DNA of 64,000 nt from Oscillospiraceae bacterium (GTDB lineage: Bacteria > Bacillota > Clostridia > Oscillospirales > Oscillospiraceae), in the NCBI GenBank assembly GCA_022792495.1, contig JAAWBD010000093.1, positions 1,155 to 65,154 of the forward strand, in the 5' to 3' direction. The notes beneath the pieces were generated by a model. It had not been told where the DNA came from and made no database searches. It saw only the letters and a program-made list of their open reading frames with translations. The translations under genes and the position numbers were made by a program. Positions 1-8,699 of the stretch are shown piece by piece. Every line of letters starts with the position of its first letter. Position 1 is the stretch's first letter.

Positions 1-46
1 GACAACAGGTAACTGCCCATTCCGTTCTTTTGACGATGGGAAAATT

Positions 47-220
47 TTAGAGACGCTTATCAATACAAAAGGTAAAAGGGATGCAGGTATAGATGGGCTG
101 GACCGAGCAGTGGAGCTCCCGGGCCAGCTCCTTCACCAGCACCCCCTCCATCCCTCGCTCCCGGGCCAGCCGAAAGGCGGCCTCCACCACCATCTCTCTC
201 GTGATCCGCTGCGTGGGTAT
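47..220 (-). pseudogene. Truncated TetR-family regulator (N-terminal HTH only)
   Basis: xPTQRITREMVVEAAFRLARERGMEGVLVKELARELHCSVQPIY is a TetR HTH. An RBS AAGGAGG precedes it, but the start codon reads ATA and the frame runs into unrelated AT-rich sequence and a stop after QPIY. Confidence 0.65.
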
Positions 221-278
221 AAAAAGCCCTCCTTTTTTATATAAAAGGAGGGCTCCTGTCAAGCACAAATTTTTTTCT

Positions 279-638
279 TTATTCTACCCCCCGCAGCAGC
301 TCCTCCGTCGAGATCCCAAACAGCTTGCACAGGGCCAGCAGGTTGGCTGTGCTGGGGTCGGAGGCGCCGCTCTCCCACTTGCTCACCGCCTGGCGGCTCA
401 CCCCCAGCTCCCCGGCCACAAACTCCTGGGTCATATTGCACTCCGTCCGGCGGGCCTTGATGGCCTCCCCCAGGCTTTTCCGCACTGCAGCGGTCTCCGG
501 CCGGCTGTCCCCGCCATTGATATACTTTTTCAAAGCCCTGATGACCAGAATGACCACGTAGATAAAGAGCCCCCAGACCGCCAAAAACAGAGCCAGCACC
601 GGCAATCCTACCAGGAGCGTTCCTAGTCCTATTTGCAT
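279..638 (-). CDS. XRE-family HTH regulator with N-terminal transmembrane segment
   Basis: Hydrophobic N-terminus, then MTQEFVAGELGVSRQAVSKWESGASDP (HTH_3 motif); RBS GGGAG. Confidence 0.85.
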   Translation of the reverse strand: MQIGLGTLLVGLPVLALFLAVWGLFIYVVILVIRALKKYINGGDSRPETAAVRKSLGEAIKARRTECNMTQEFVAGELGVSRQAVSKWESGASDPSTANLLALCKLFGISTEELLRGVE

Positions 639-742
639 GTTTCATTCTCCCTTTCTCCATAAGGATACTGCAATGATACCATAAGCGCTCCATTTTTCCA
701 CCAACTATGGCGCAACAATAGGTTTCCTTCCGGTTGCCGGGA

Positions 743-788
743 CAAAAAAGCGGCCCGATGCTCCCACCGGGCCGCTTCCCTTTGTTTC
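743..788 (-). terminator. Intrinsic terminator downstream of the 804-1595 gene
   Basis: aagcggcccg...cgggccgctt hairpin, T-run on the minus strand. Confidence 0.6.
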
Positions 789-803
789 TCAATAGACCTG
801 TTC

Positions 804-1595
804 TTACATCAACTTTACGGTGTAATAGACCGCCATGATGAGCAGCCAGGCCACCGCCGCCCCATAGAGGATCATCTGGGAGATCCCGATGGCCGCCAGG
901 ATCAGGGTCACCAGCGCCACCACCGCCCCAGCGTACAGAAGCGCGTAATTGGCATCCTTGGAGAACAGGCTCCATCCCTTGCCCCCCAGCTCCACCCGGC
1001 CTTGGTCGCCCTGAGCCTTCCGGCACAGCCACGCCGAAATCAGCACCAGCGCCGCCGCGATCACCACATAGGCGTAGCCCAGCATCTGATAGCTCCCGCC
1101 CTGGCCCTTGTCGCAGATCCAGATTCCCAGCAGGGCCAGAACGCTCTGGCAGGCCAGAAGGAAAAACTCATGCTGATAAAGGTAGTAGATCAGAGCCAGC
1201 ACCACCACAGCGGGCACGGCGTAACTCATCAGCAGCAGCCCCGTTCCCGAGACGAACCAGGCCGCGAAGCAGCTGGCCGACACCCCGGCCATAAACAGGC
1301 ACAACGTCCCAGGCAGATTGCTCCCCCGCCCGTTCCTCCGGGCGTTGTTCCACCAGTAGGCCGCCCCGGCGGCGCAGAAAAGGGCCGCCACCGCCAGGAT
1401 CTTCACCGCCGTTCCCAAAGCCACCCGGAAGTCGATCTGCCCGGCGGTATAGTGGCTCCAATATCGGTTCAGCAAAAGCAGGAGAAACTCCAGCACGGAG
1501 CCCCCCGCCACCCAGCAAAGGATCCGGTTGAGTGCGGCTTCCTCCGCCCTGGCCTTTTCCGCTCTTTTCTTTTTTGTGTTGTTGTCCATGCCCAC
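804..1595 (-). CDS. Hypothetical polytopic membrane protein
   Basis: 263 aa, about 8 hydrophobic segments, RBS AGGAGA. Confidence 0.8.
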   Translation of the reverse strand: MGMDNNTKKKRAEKARAEEAALNRILCWVAGGSVLEFLLLLLNRYWSHYTAGQIDFRVALGTAVKILAVAALFCAAGAAYWWNNARRNGRGSNLPGTLCLFMAGVSASCFAAWFVSGTGLLLMSYAVPAVVVLALIYYLYQHEFFLLACQSVLALLGIWICDKGQGGSYQMLGYAYVVIAAALVLISAWLCRKAQGDQGRVELGGKGWSLFSKDANYALLYAGAVVALVTLILAAIGISQMILYGAAVAWLLIMAVYYTVKLM

Positions 1596-1826
1596 ATCTC
1601 CTGAGAAAGCCCTTCCTGGATAGGTTGGGCAGTATAATCTCTGGCTATTCTACCAGATTCTTCCCGGATTTGCAACAGAAAAAAGAGAGTATCCTAATTT
1701 TACACCGGGCCGCCCCTTTTATCCCCGCGGAAAGCTGTCAATAATTTGTAAGACTTTTGTTGTTGTTTTTTCCATTTTCCTCAGTATAATGAAATCACAT
1801 ACTAAAGAAAAGGAAGCGAATCCATC

Positions 1827-3092
1827 ATGAAACATGCCGTGAAACGAGGGCTCGCCCTCTCCCTTGTCCTTGCCTCCCTCCTGGCCCTCTCCGCCTGCGG
1901 CGGCAAGAAGCCTGCCCAGGACGACCCCGCCGCCCAGGGAAGCTCCGCCCCCGTCCAGTCAGCCGAGCCCTCCCAGGAGCCCACCCCCACTCCTGCGCCT
2001 ACCCCCACCATGCCCGATGTGCCCCTGGTGGACTGGGGCGTGGATCAGGTGGTGGAGCACATCTTTTTCCACCCCGTCATCGCCTATCCCCAGTGGGGCT
2101 TTCACGACTGCCCCTCCTCCCAGTCCCAGAAGGAGGGCCTGGACGACTGGATGGTCACCGTGGACGAGTATAACAAGATCCTCCAGAACGTCTACGACAA
2201 GGGCTACGTCATCGTCAGCATGAACGACGTCTGGAGCGAGGCGGAGACCGCCAGCGGCCCCCGGATGCAGCGCAACGTCATCCAGGTTCCCGAGGGGAAG
2301 AAGCCCCTTATCATCTCCTACGACGACACCAACTACTACCCCTATATGCTGGAGGAGGGCTTCACCTCCAAGCTGGTCATCGGGGAGGATGGGGAGCTCT
2401 GGGCCGAGTGCACCGACCCCTACACCCAGGAGACCTTCCTCACCCAGGATCTGGACGCCATCACTATCCTGGACAAATTCATCCGGGAGCACCCCGACTT
2501 CTCTCCCTTCGGGGTGAAGGGCTGCCTCTCCCTCACCGGCTACGAGGGTATCCTGGGCTACCGCACCCAGAACGACATCGACATCGCCGCCGACGATCCC
2601 CGCCGCCCCGCCTTCGATGCCAACCGGAAGGCGGAGCAGGAGGCCGTCAAGCCCATTATCCAGCGGCTGAAGGACACCGGCTGGTACTTTGGCTCCCACA
2701 CCTGGGGCCATATCAACCTCTCCACCCGCTCCATGGCCCAGATCCAGCGGGACACCCTCCGCCGGGCCGAGGAGGTGGGCAGCCTGGTGGGCCCCACCAA
2801 CATCCTCTTCTACCCCCACGGCGCCCGCCCCGACGGGGATCACGACCAAGGGGAGAACTACGGCGAGCAGTTCAAGTGGCTCCAGAGCCAGGGCTTCCGC
2901 ATCTTTGCCAGCGTGGGCATCGACTCCTACTCCCAGGTGAAGCAGACCATCTCCGCCGTTATCTGCGACCGGCTCCATCCCGACGGAAAGACCCTGCGCT
3001 GGTCCCGCTCCCGCTACCTGAAGTTCTATGACGCCAAGGACATCATCGACCTGGATGTCCGCCCCAACCTGGGCTATGATTTCAGTAAATAA
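1827..3092 (+). CDS. Polysaccharide deacetylase-family lipoprotein
   Basis: Lipobox LSAC, Pro-rich linker, SYDD and SHTWGH NodB-type metal motifs, FYPHG. Confidence 0.85.
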   Translation: MKHAVKRGLALSLVLASLLALSACGGKKPAQDDPAAQGSSAPVQSAEPSQEPTPTPAPTPTMPDVPLVDWGVDQVVEHIFFHPVIAYPQWGFHDCPSSQSQKEGLDDWMVTVDEYNKILQNVYDKGYVIVSMNDVWSEAETASGPRMQRNVIQVPEGKKPLIISYDDTNYYPYMLEEGFTSKLVIGEDGELWAECTDPYTQETFLTQDLDAITILDKFIREHPDFSPFGVKGCLSLTGYEGILGYRTQNDIDIAADDPRRPAFDANRKAEQEAVKPIIQRLKDTGWYFGSHTWGHINLSTRSMAQIQRDTLRRAEEVGSLVGPTNILFYPHGARPDGDHDQGENYGEQFKWLQSQGFRIFASVGIDSYSQVKQTISAVICDRLHPDGKTLRWSRSRYLKFYDAKDIIDLDVRPNLGYDFSK

Positions 3093-3107
3093 AAAGGAGG
3101 GATCCCT

Positions 3108-3503
3108 ATGACCGACCGTGCCCTGGCCGATCTGGCCTATGACATGCTCTCCCGCTCCTATGTCCCCTACTCCAAGTTCCCCGTGGGCGCCGCCCTTCTC
3201 TGCGCCGACGGCACGGTGTTCACCGGCTGCAACGTAGAGAACGCCGCCTACGGCTCCACCATCTGCGCCGAGCGCACCGCCCTGGTCAAGGCGGTGAGCG
3301 AGGGCCACCGGGACGACCTGGTCAAGCTGGCGGTGGTGGGGGATTCCACCGACTACTGCTGGCCCTGCGGGGCCTGCCGCCAGATGCTCTATGAGTTTGC
3401 TCCCCAGCTGGAGCTTCTGGTGGGGCGGGGGGATCGGGAGTTTACTAAGCTGAAGCTTTCCGACCTCCTCCCCCACGGTTTCGGCCCCAAAGCCCTGACC
3501 TGA
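3108..3503 (+). CDS. cdd: Cytidine deaminase
   Basis: PYSKFPVGAAL, GCNVENAAY, CAER and PCGACRQ zinc motifs (tetrameric type). Confidence 0.97.
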   Translation: MTDRALADLAYDMLSRSYVPYSKFPVGAALLCADGTVFTGCNVENAAYGSTICAERTALVKAVSEGHRDDLVKLAVVGDSTDYCWPCGACRQMLYEFAPQLELLVGRGDREFTKLKLSDLLPHGFGPKALT

Positions 3504-3506
3504 ATG

Positions 3507-3540
3507 AAAGGCCCCCGGTTTTCGGGGGTCTTTTCTTTTA
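3507..3540 (+). terminator. Intrinsic terminator after cdd
   Basis: aaaggcccccgg-tttt-cgggggtctttt followed by Ts. Confidence 0.8.
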
Positions 3541-3621
3541 TATAAGTGGTCTGTATCCTTGCTCTTATTGATAAGGGGTTCTTGTCGAAAGGATGTTGTT
3601 CTATTTTCAGTGGGTGAAGCT

Positions 3622-4133
3622 GGGGGACTATTCTTTGAGCGGCAAAGAATAGCCCCCCAGACCCCCCAAGAAACCGCCCGAGGGGGAGAGTTTCGACTCT
3701 CTCCCCCTCGGGGCTCCCCCTCTCAACGACCAAAGAAGGGCCCCGGCGGGGGCCCCTCTTTGGAAACTCCCCGTAGCTGTTTTGCTGATTGAAAGCTTAC
3801 CCCCACGGCTTACTTCGTTACGCCGTGGGGGTTCGGGTTGCTATACTTTTTTATATAACGGGTTCTTGCCCCCAAAGTCCTAAGACAAAGGTCAAGGGCC
3901 GAGTTCCCCCGTGAAAAGGAGAGGAACCAGGCCCGGGGCTGAGTAGAATGGAGGCGGCGTTGTTTCAGCTGGCTTTCTTTCTGTGTTCCTCAGACGTACG
4001 CACGGGTGCGGGGCAAGTGGGATTTGTTGCGTAAAGACGTTAGAGCCGAGCCTCAGAACACATGGTCTTGACCTTAGGGCTTTCTTGGGGGGCGTGGGGG
4101 GCTATTCTTTGGCCCTTCAAAGAATAGTCCCCC
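3622..4133. repeat. REP/MITE-like non-coding palindromic element with ~52-bp terminal inverted repeats
   Basis: 3622-3673 gggggactattctttg-N5-caaagaatagccccccagaccccccaagaaa recurs inverted at 4081-4133; further hairpins at about 3677-3712, 3730-3763 and 3799-3832. Confidence 0.7.
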
Positions 4134-4183
4134 ACACCACGCAGTGATAAATTTGATGACAACCACCAATCAAACGGTACTAC

Positions 4184-4402
4184 CTATTTCTTTCTCGGAT
4201 AAGGCTTCTCCTCATCGGTAAGCTCAGCCAGATAATCCATACTGGTATCCAAAGCCAAGGCAATCTTCCGGCACTGCTCAAAGCTGTAGTACCGCTTCCC
4301 ACTCTCGATTTTGGAATAATCGCTCTGGTCGATCCCGGTCAGCATCTGCATTTTCATCTGCGTATACTGCCGCTTCTTCCTTAATTCCTTCAATCTGGAC
4401 AT
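4184..4402 (-). CDS. XRE-family HTH transcriptional regulator
   Basis: MSRLKELRKKRQYTQ...GIDQSDYSKIESGKR...LDTSMDYL HTH_3 pattern. Confidence 0.9.
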   Translation of the reverse strand: MSRLKELRKKRQYTQMKMQMLTGIDQSDYSKIESGKRYYSFEQCRKIALALDTSMDYLAELTDEEKPYPRKK

Positions 4403-4428
4403 AATATCACCCACGCATATTATGGCAA

Positions 4429-4466
4429 ATTGACCTATTGATATTAGGGTGATATTGACCTATAAT
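4429..4466 (+). promoter_or_regulatory. sigmaA promoter overlapped by ATTGACCTAT direct repeats
   Basis: TTGATA(4438)-17-TATAAT(4461); ATTGACCTAT at 4429-4438 and 4454-4463. Confidence 0.6.
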
Positions 4467-4483
4467 GGGATTGAGGTGATTTT

Positions 4484-4831
4484 ATGAAATCCTTTCACGA
4501 GGAATACCGTGACACCCTATCTCAATTGCAGGCCCAAGGCCGTATCCGCCCATTGACCCCGGAGGAGAACCGGTGGATGGAGGAGCAGGTCACGGCTCGG
4601 TTCGAGTCCCGGCTCAGGGCCAATCAGCAAAAGCTGAAACGGGTCATTAACGATCACCGCCTTACCACTCTGGAGTGGGCCCACAAATTTGGCGGATACC
4701 TGGAGGCCATGGACCGGCGGGATCCCCGCACCGCCTCCCTTCTCCTCAAGCGCTTTTGGCGCCGGAGGGCCCTGGATCAAAAACGCTGGGACAAGCACCG
4801 CCGGAAAAAATTCCGCCGCTCCCCCCCTTGA
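4484..4831 (+). CDS. Hypothetical basic protein
   Basis: 115-aa ORF with RBS GAGGTG and an upstream promoter; no recognisable family. Confidence 0.65.
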   Translation: MKSFHEEYRDTLSQLQAQGRIRPLTPEENRWMEEQVTARFESRLRANQQKLKRVINDHRLTTLEWAHKFGGYLEAMDRRDPRTASLLLKRFWRRRALDQKRWDKHRRKKFRRSPP

Positions 4832-4860
4832 CATTCCGCCTCCCCTCTGTTATTTTATTA

Positions 4861-4879
4861 TACATACCAACGGTATGTA
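4861..4879. promoter_or_regulatory. Putative TetR operator
   Basis: Palindrome TACATACC-AAC-GGTATGTA just downstream of a TTGACA-led promoter (4829). Confidence 0.7.
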
Positions 4880-4904
4880 TGTAACCAGGAGAGGAGGCCA
4901 CCCC

Positions 4905-5549
4905 ATGTCCCGCAACAAATACCCCGAGCAGACCCGGAAAAAGATCCTGGAGGTCTCCTTCCGCCTCTTCTCCGAAAAGGGCTATGACCACACTACCCTC
5001 CAGGACATCGTGACCGCCCTGGGCATGAGCAAGGGGGCGGTGTACCACCATTTCAAGAGCAAGGAGGACATCCTGGATCACCTCTACGACCAGTACTATG
5101 TAGACTCCCATATGTTCGACATCATGGAGGACTCCTCCCTCTCCGGCCTGGAAAAGCTCCGGGAACTCCTCCGCCGCCAATTGGCCGACCCGGGAAAGCT
5201 GGATATTGACGACATTGCCGTCTCTATCGAGAACAACCCGCAGCTCATTCGCCTTCTCCTCACCACCTCTGTCCGGAACGGCGCCCCTATCATTCAGCGG
5301 CTTCTGGAGGAGGGGATCGCCGACGGCTCCGTCACCACTGCCTACCCCAGGGAGCTGGCCGAGAGCTGTCTCCTCCTGCTCAACCTCTGGGCTGGCCTTT
5401 TCTCCCACACCCGGGAGGAGTTCCTGTCCAAATTCCGTTTTCTCAAGGCCATGACCGACGCCCTGGGCGTCCCCGTCTTTGACCAGACCCTCATGGACAC
5501 CCTGGACGCCTACTACACCCGCCTAGCCTCCAAGCTCTCCAGCCAATGA
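4905..5549 (+). CDS. TetR/AcrR-family regulator
   Basis: FSEKGYDHTTLQDIVTALGMSKGAVYHHFKSKEDIL; RBS GGAGG. Confidence 0.95.
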   Translation: MSRNKYPEQTRKKILEVSFRLFSEKGYDHTTLQDIVTALGMSKGAVYHHFKSKEDILDHLYDQYYVDSHMFDIMEDSSLSGLEKLRELLRRQLADPGKLDIDDIAVSIENNPQLIRLLLTTSVRNGAPIIQRLLEEGIADGSVTTAYPRELAESCLLLLNLWAGLFSHTREEFLSKFRFLKAMTDALGVPVFDQTLMDTLDAYYTRLASKLSSQ

Positions 5550-5556
5550 AATTTCT

Positions 5557-5588
5557 CTTTTTCACTTTTCACTTTTCATTTTTCCCTT
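5557..5588. repeat. TTTTCAC-type heptamer array
   Basis: ctttttcacttttcacttttcatttttccctt; near-identical copy (2 mismatches) at 17476-17507. Confidence 0.6.
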
Positions 5589-5622
5589 CCCCGCCCCGCC
5601 CTCTGGGGCGGATCCTTTTCCC

Positions 5623-5651
5623 TATATACATACCAACCGTCGGTATCTATA
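5623..5651. promoter_or_regulatory. Second putative TetR operator, upstream of the MFS gene
   Basis: TATATACATACCAACCGTCGGTATCTATA shares the TACATACCAAC half-site with 4861. Confidence 0.6.
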
Positions 5652-5675
5652 AAAATCAAGAATCGAGGTCATCCT

Positions 5676-6896
5676 ATGAAAACAAAGCTCTTCTCCCGGG
5701 ATTTCTCCCTCATGCTCCTGGGTCAGATCGTCTCCCTCCTGGGCAACGCCCTGCTGCGCTTCGCCCTGTCCCTCTATGTGCTGGATCTCACCGGCTCCGC
5801 CGCCGTTTTCGGCGGGGTTTTGGCCGCCTCCATGCTCCCCACCATCCTCCTCTCCCCCGTGGGTGGCGTGCTGGCCGACCGGATCCCCCGGCAGCGGATC
5901 ATGTATGTGCTGGACTTCATCACCGCCGCTGCCGTCTGGAACTTCGCCCTCTTTGGCCGGGGCGGCTCCATCCTGCCCCCCACCCTCCTGCTGCTGGCCC
6001 TGTCCGCCATCCAGGCCTGCTACCAGCCCTCCGTCCTCTCCTCCCTGCCCCTGCTGGTTCCCCAGGAGGAACTGACCCGGGCCAACGCCCTGGTGACCCA
6101 GGTGGCCGCCCTGTCCTCCCTCCTGGGCCCCATCCTGGGCGGCGCCCTCTACGGCCTTCTGGGTCTTGGCCCCATCTGCCTGGTGGGTGCGGGGTGCTTT
6201 CTGTGCTCGGCGGTGATGGAGTGCTTCCTCCGGATCCCCTTCACCCCCGCCCCCACCAAGGGGAGCCTCTCCGCTGCCGGGGCCGACCTGGGGGAAGCCG
6301 CCCGGTTCCTCTCCCGCTCCGGCCTTCTCCCTCTTCTGGGGGTGGTGGCGGGGATGAACCTCTTCCTCTCCTCCCTCTATCTTGTGGGCCTTCCCTTCTT
6401 TGTCAAGGTCACCCTGGGTCTGTCCACCCAGCTCTACTCCCTGGTGGAGGCCGCCATGGGCCTGGGCACCATCCTTGGAGCCGTCCTCACCGGCCTTCTG
6501 GGCAATAAGCTCTCCTTCTCCCGCTCCTGGCGGTTTATCCTGCTGGCCTCCCTCTCCCCCCTGGCCATGGTTCCGGCGGTGGGCGTTCTCTCCTCCCCTA
6601 TGGCCTCCTGGCTGGCCCTCCTCCTGGCCGCCCTGCTGGGCATGGTCTGCGCCGGGATCTTCTCCATTCTGGCCCAAACCTACCTCCAGACCGTCACCCC
6701 CGCCCCCCTTTTGGGAAAGGTGGGCTCCTTTGTCACGGCGGTGGCCACCTGCGCCATGCCCCTGGGCCAGGGTCTCTATGGTCTGCTGCTGGATCGCTTC
6801 CCTCCCTTCCTGGCCCCCGCCCTCACCTTCGCCGCCTGCCTCCCCCTGACCTGGCTGGCCCGCCGAACCCTGAACCGCCCCAATTGTAACATGTGA
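5676..6896 (+). CDS. MFS transporter (efflux-like)
   Basis: GQIVSLLGN, GGVLADRIPRQRIM (MFS motif A), about 12 TM segments. Confidence 0.92.
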   Translation: MKTKLFSRDFSLMLLGQIVSLLGNALLRFALSLYVLDLTGSAAVFGGVLAASMLPTILLSPVGGVLADRIPRQRIMYVLDFITAAAVWNFALFGRGGSILPPTLLLLALSAIQACYQPSVLSSLPLLVPQEELTRANALVTQVAALSSLLGPILGGALYGLLGLGPICLVGAGCFLCSAVMECFLRIPFTPAPTKGSLSAAGADLGEAARFLSRSGLLPLLGVVAGMNLFLSSLYLVGLPFFVKVTLGLSTQLYSLVEAAMGLGTILGAVLTGLLGNKLSFSRSWRFILLASLSPLAMVPAVGVLSSPMASWLALLLAALLGMVCAGIFSILAQTYLQTVTPAPLLGKVGSFVTAVATCAMPLGQGLYGLLLDRFPPFLAPALTFAACLPLTWLARRTLNRPNCNM

Positions 6897-6938
6897 TACA
6901 ATCTCAGAAAAGCTTCCCCTGCTTTTTTGTCCCTTTCC

Positions 6939-6967
6939 GTATAAAAAACGGAAACAAAGGTTACACT
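6939..6967 (+). promoter_or_regulatory. Putative sigmaF/sigmaG (forespore) promoter
   Basis: GTATA-N15-GGTTACACT fits GYWTA-N15-GGnnAnAnT. Confidence 0.45.
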
Positions 6968-7004
6968 GTCCCAGGAAGTCCATTTTGAGGAGGTTTGCAG
7001 GACT

Positions 7005-7217
7005 ATGATCATGGATAAGATCGCCCTGACCCTGGCCATCGTAGGCGGGCTCAACTGGGGCAGCATCGGGATCTTCGGCTTCGACGTGGTGGCCTTTCTC
7101 TTCGGCGGCGCCGACAGCGCCCTGAGCCGGGTGGTATACACCCTGGTAGGCCTGGGTGCCATCTGGTGCATCTCCCTTCTCTTCCGGGAAAGCGACCCGG
7201 TAGAGGAGCGGGGCTAA
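7005..7217 (+). CDS. DUF378-family small membrane protein (YuzA-like)
   Basis: IVGGLNWGSIGIFGFDVVAFLFGG...VYTLVGLGA. Confidence 0.9.
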   Translation: MIMDKIALTLAIVGGLNWGSIGIFGFDVVAFLFGGADSALSRVVYTLVGLGAIWCISLLFRESDPVEERG

Positions 7218-7267
7218 AAAAGAGAACGCCGCCCATTTTTGTAAGATGGGCGGCGTTCTCTTTTTTG
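7216..7267. terminator. Bidirectional intrinsic terminator
   Basis: aaaaaagagaacgccgcccat...atgggcggcgttctctttttt between convergent genes. Confidence 0.85.
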
Positions 7268-7276
7268 TATCCCAAT

Positions 7277-8686
7277 TTATATCCGCTTCCAGGTGGTGCC
7301 ATCTTTGGTGTCGATGAGCTCGATGCCCTGGGCCTTCAACTCGTCCCGGATCCGGTCGGCCTCGGGCCAGTTTTTGGCCGCCTTGGCCGCGGCCCGCTGG
7401 GCGATGAGGGCCTCGATCTCCCCGGCGTCCCCGGCGGGGGCGGACTCCTTCTCCTTCAGGGCGGCTGCGTGGGCCAGGAGCTCCAGACCCAGAACCTTGT
7501 CAAAGCTGGCGATCAGGGCCCGCTTGGTGGCGTCGTTGGTCTCGGCCTTCAGCACATCATAGAGGGCGGTAACGGCCAGGGAGGTGTTCAGGTCGTTGTC
7601 CAGCGCCTCCCGGAACTGGGCCTTGTATTTCTCCAGGGCGGCCTGCTCCGCCGCCCCCTCCTCCTCCAGGGCGGCGATCCGGGAGATCAGCTTGTCGTAG
7701 GCGGCCTTGGCGTTGTCCAGGTTCTCCCAGGAGAAGGTCAGGGCCTTGCGGTAGTGGCTCTGAAGGCAGAACAGCCGGTAGCAAAGGGGATCGTACCCTT
7801 TCTCCTCCAGAAGGGAGACGGTGAGGAACTCCCCCTTGGACTTGCTCATCTTGCCCCCGGTGGTGTTCAGATGGTGGACATGGAACCAGTGGGAGCACCA
7901 GGAGTGGCCCAGATAGCCCTCGGACTGGGCGATCTCGTTAGTGTGGTGGGGGAAGGCGTTGTCGATGCCGCCGCAGTGGAGATCCAGGTACTCGCCGCAG
8001 TATTTCATGGAGATGCAGGAGCACTCGATATGCCAGCCGGGGTAGCCCACCCCCCAGGGGGAATCCCATTTCAGCGCCTGATCCTCAAATTTGCTCTTGG
8101 TGAACCAGAGGACAAAGTCGTTCTTGTTGCGCTTATTGACGTCCTCCTCCACTCCCTCCCGAACGCCGGTGGCCAGATCCTCAGCGTCGTGGTCATTGAA
8201 CACATAGTATTTCTCCAGCTTGGAGGTATCGAAATACACATTCCCTCCGGCCTGGTAGGCATAGCCTGTCTCCAGCAGCTTGGTAATGACCTGGATATAC
8301 TCCGGGATCATCCCCGTGGCGGGCTGCACCACATCGGGGTAGCGGCAGTTGAGCTTGGCGAAGTCGGCAAAGAAGGCGTCGGTATAGAACTGGGCGATCT
8401 CCATCACCGTCTTGTGCTCCCGCTGGGCCCCCTTCACCATCTTGTCCTCCCCGGTGTCGGCATCGGAGGAGAGGTGGCCCACATCGGTGATGTTCATCAC
8501 CCGCTTCACCTCATAGCCCTCCCAGCGCAGGGCCTTCTCCAGCACATCCTCCATGATGTAGCTGCGCAGGTTGCCAATGTGGGCAAAATGATACACCGTG
8601 GGGCCGCAGGTGTACATGGACACCTTGCCGGGCTCGTGGGTCTGGAACTCCTCCTTCTTGTGGGACAGGGAATTGTAAAGCTGCAT
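7277..8686 (-). CDS. cysS: Cysteine--tRNA ligase
   Basis: MYTCGPTVY, HIGN, PGWHIECS, KMSKS motifs. Confidence 0.98.
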   Translation of the reverse strand: MQLYNSLSHKKEEFQTHEPGKVSMYTCGPTVYHFAHIGNLRSYIMEDVLEKALRWEGYEVKRVMNITDVGHLSSDADTGEDKMVKGAQREHKTVMEIAQFYTDAFFADFAKLNCRYPDVVQPATGMIPEYIQVITKLLETGYAYQAGGNVYFDTSKLEKYYVFNDHDAEDLATGVREGVEEDVNKRNKNDFVLWFTKSKFEDQALKWDSPWGVGYPGWHIECSCISMKYCGEYLDLHCGGIDNAFPHHTNEIAQSEGYLGHSWCSHWFHVHHLNTTGGKMSKSKGEFLTVSLLEEKGYDPLCYRLFCLQSHYRKALTFSWENLDNAKAAYDKLISRIAALEEEGAAEQAALEKYKAQFREALDNDLNTSLAVTALYDVLKAETNDATKRALIASFDKVLGLELLAHAAALKEKESAPAGDAGEIEALIAQRAAAKAAKNWPEADRIRDELKAQGIELIDTKDGTTWKRI

Positions 8687-8699
8687 GGTCATTTCCTCC

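Noticed and set aside
3622-4133. CRISPR array
   Set aside because: Only two inverted copies, with no regularly spaced direct repeats and no cas genes.
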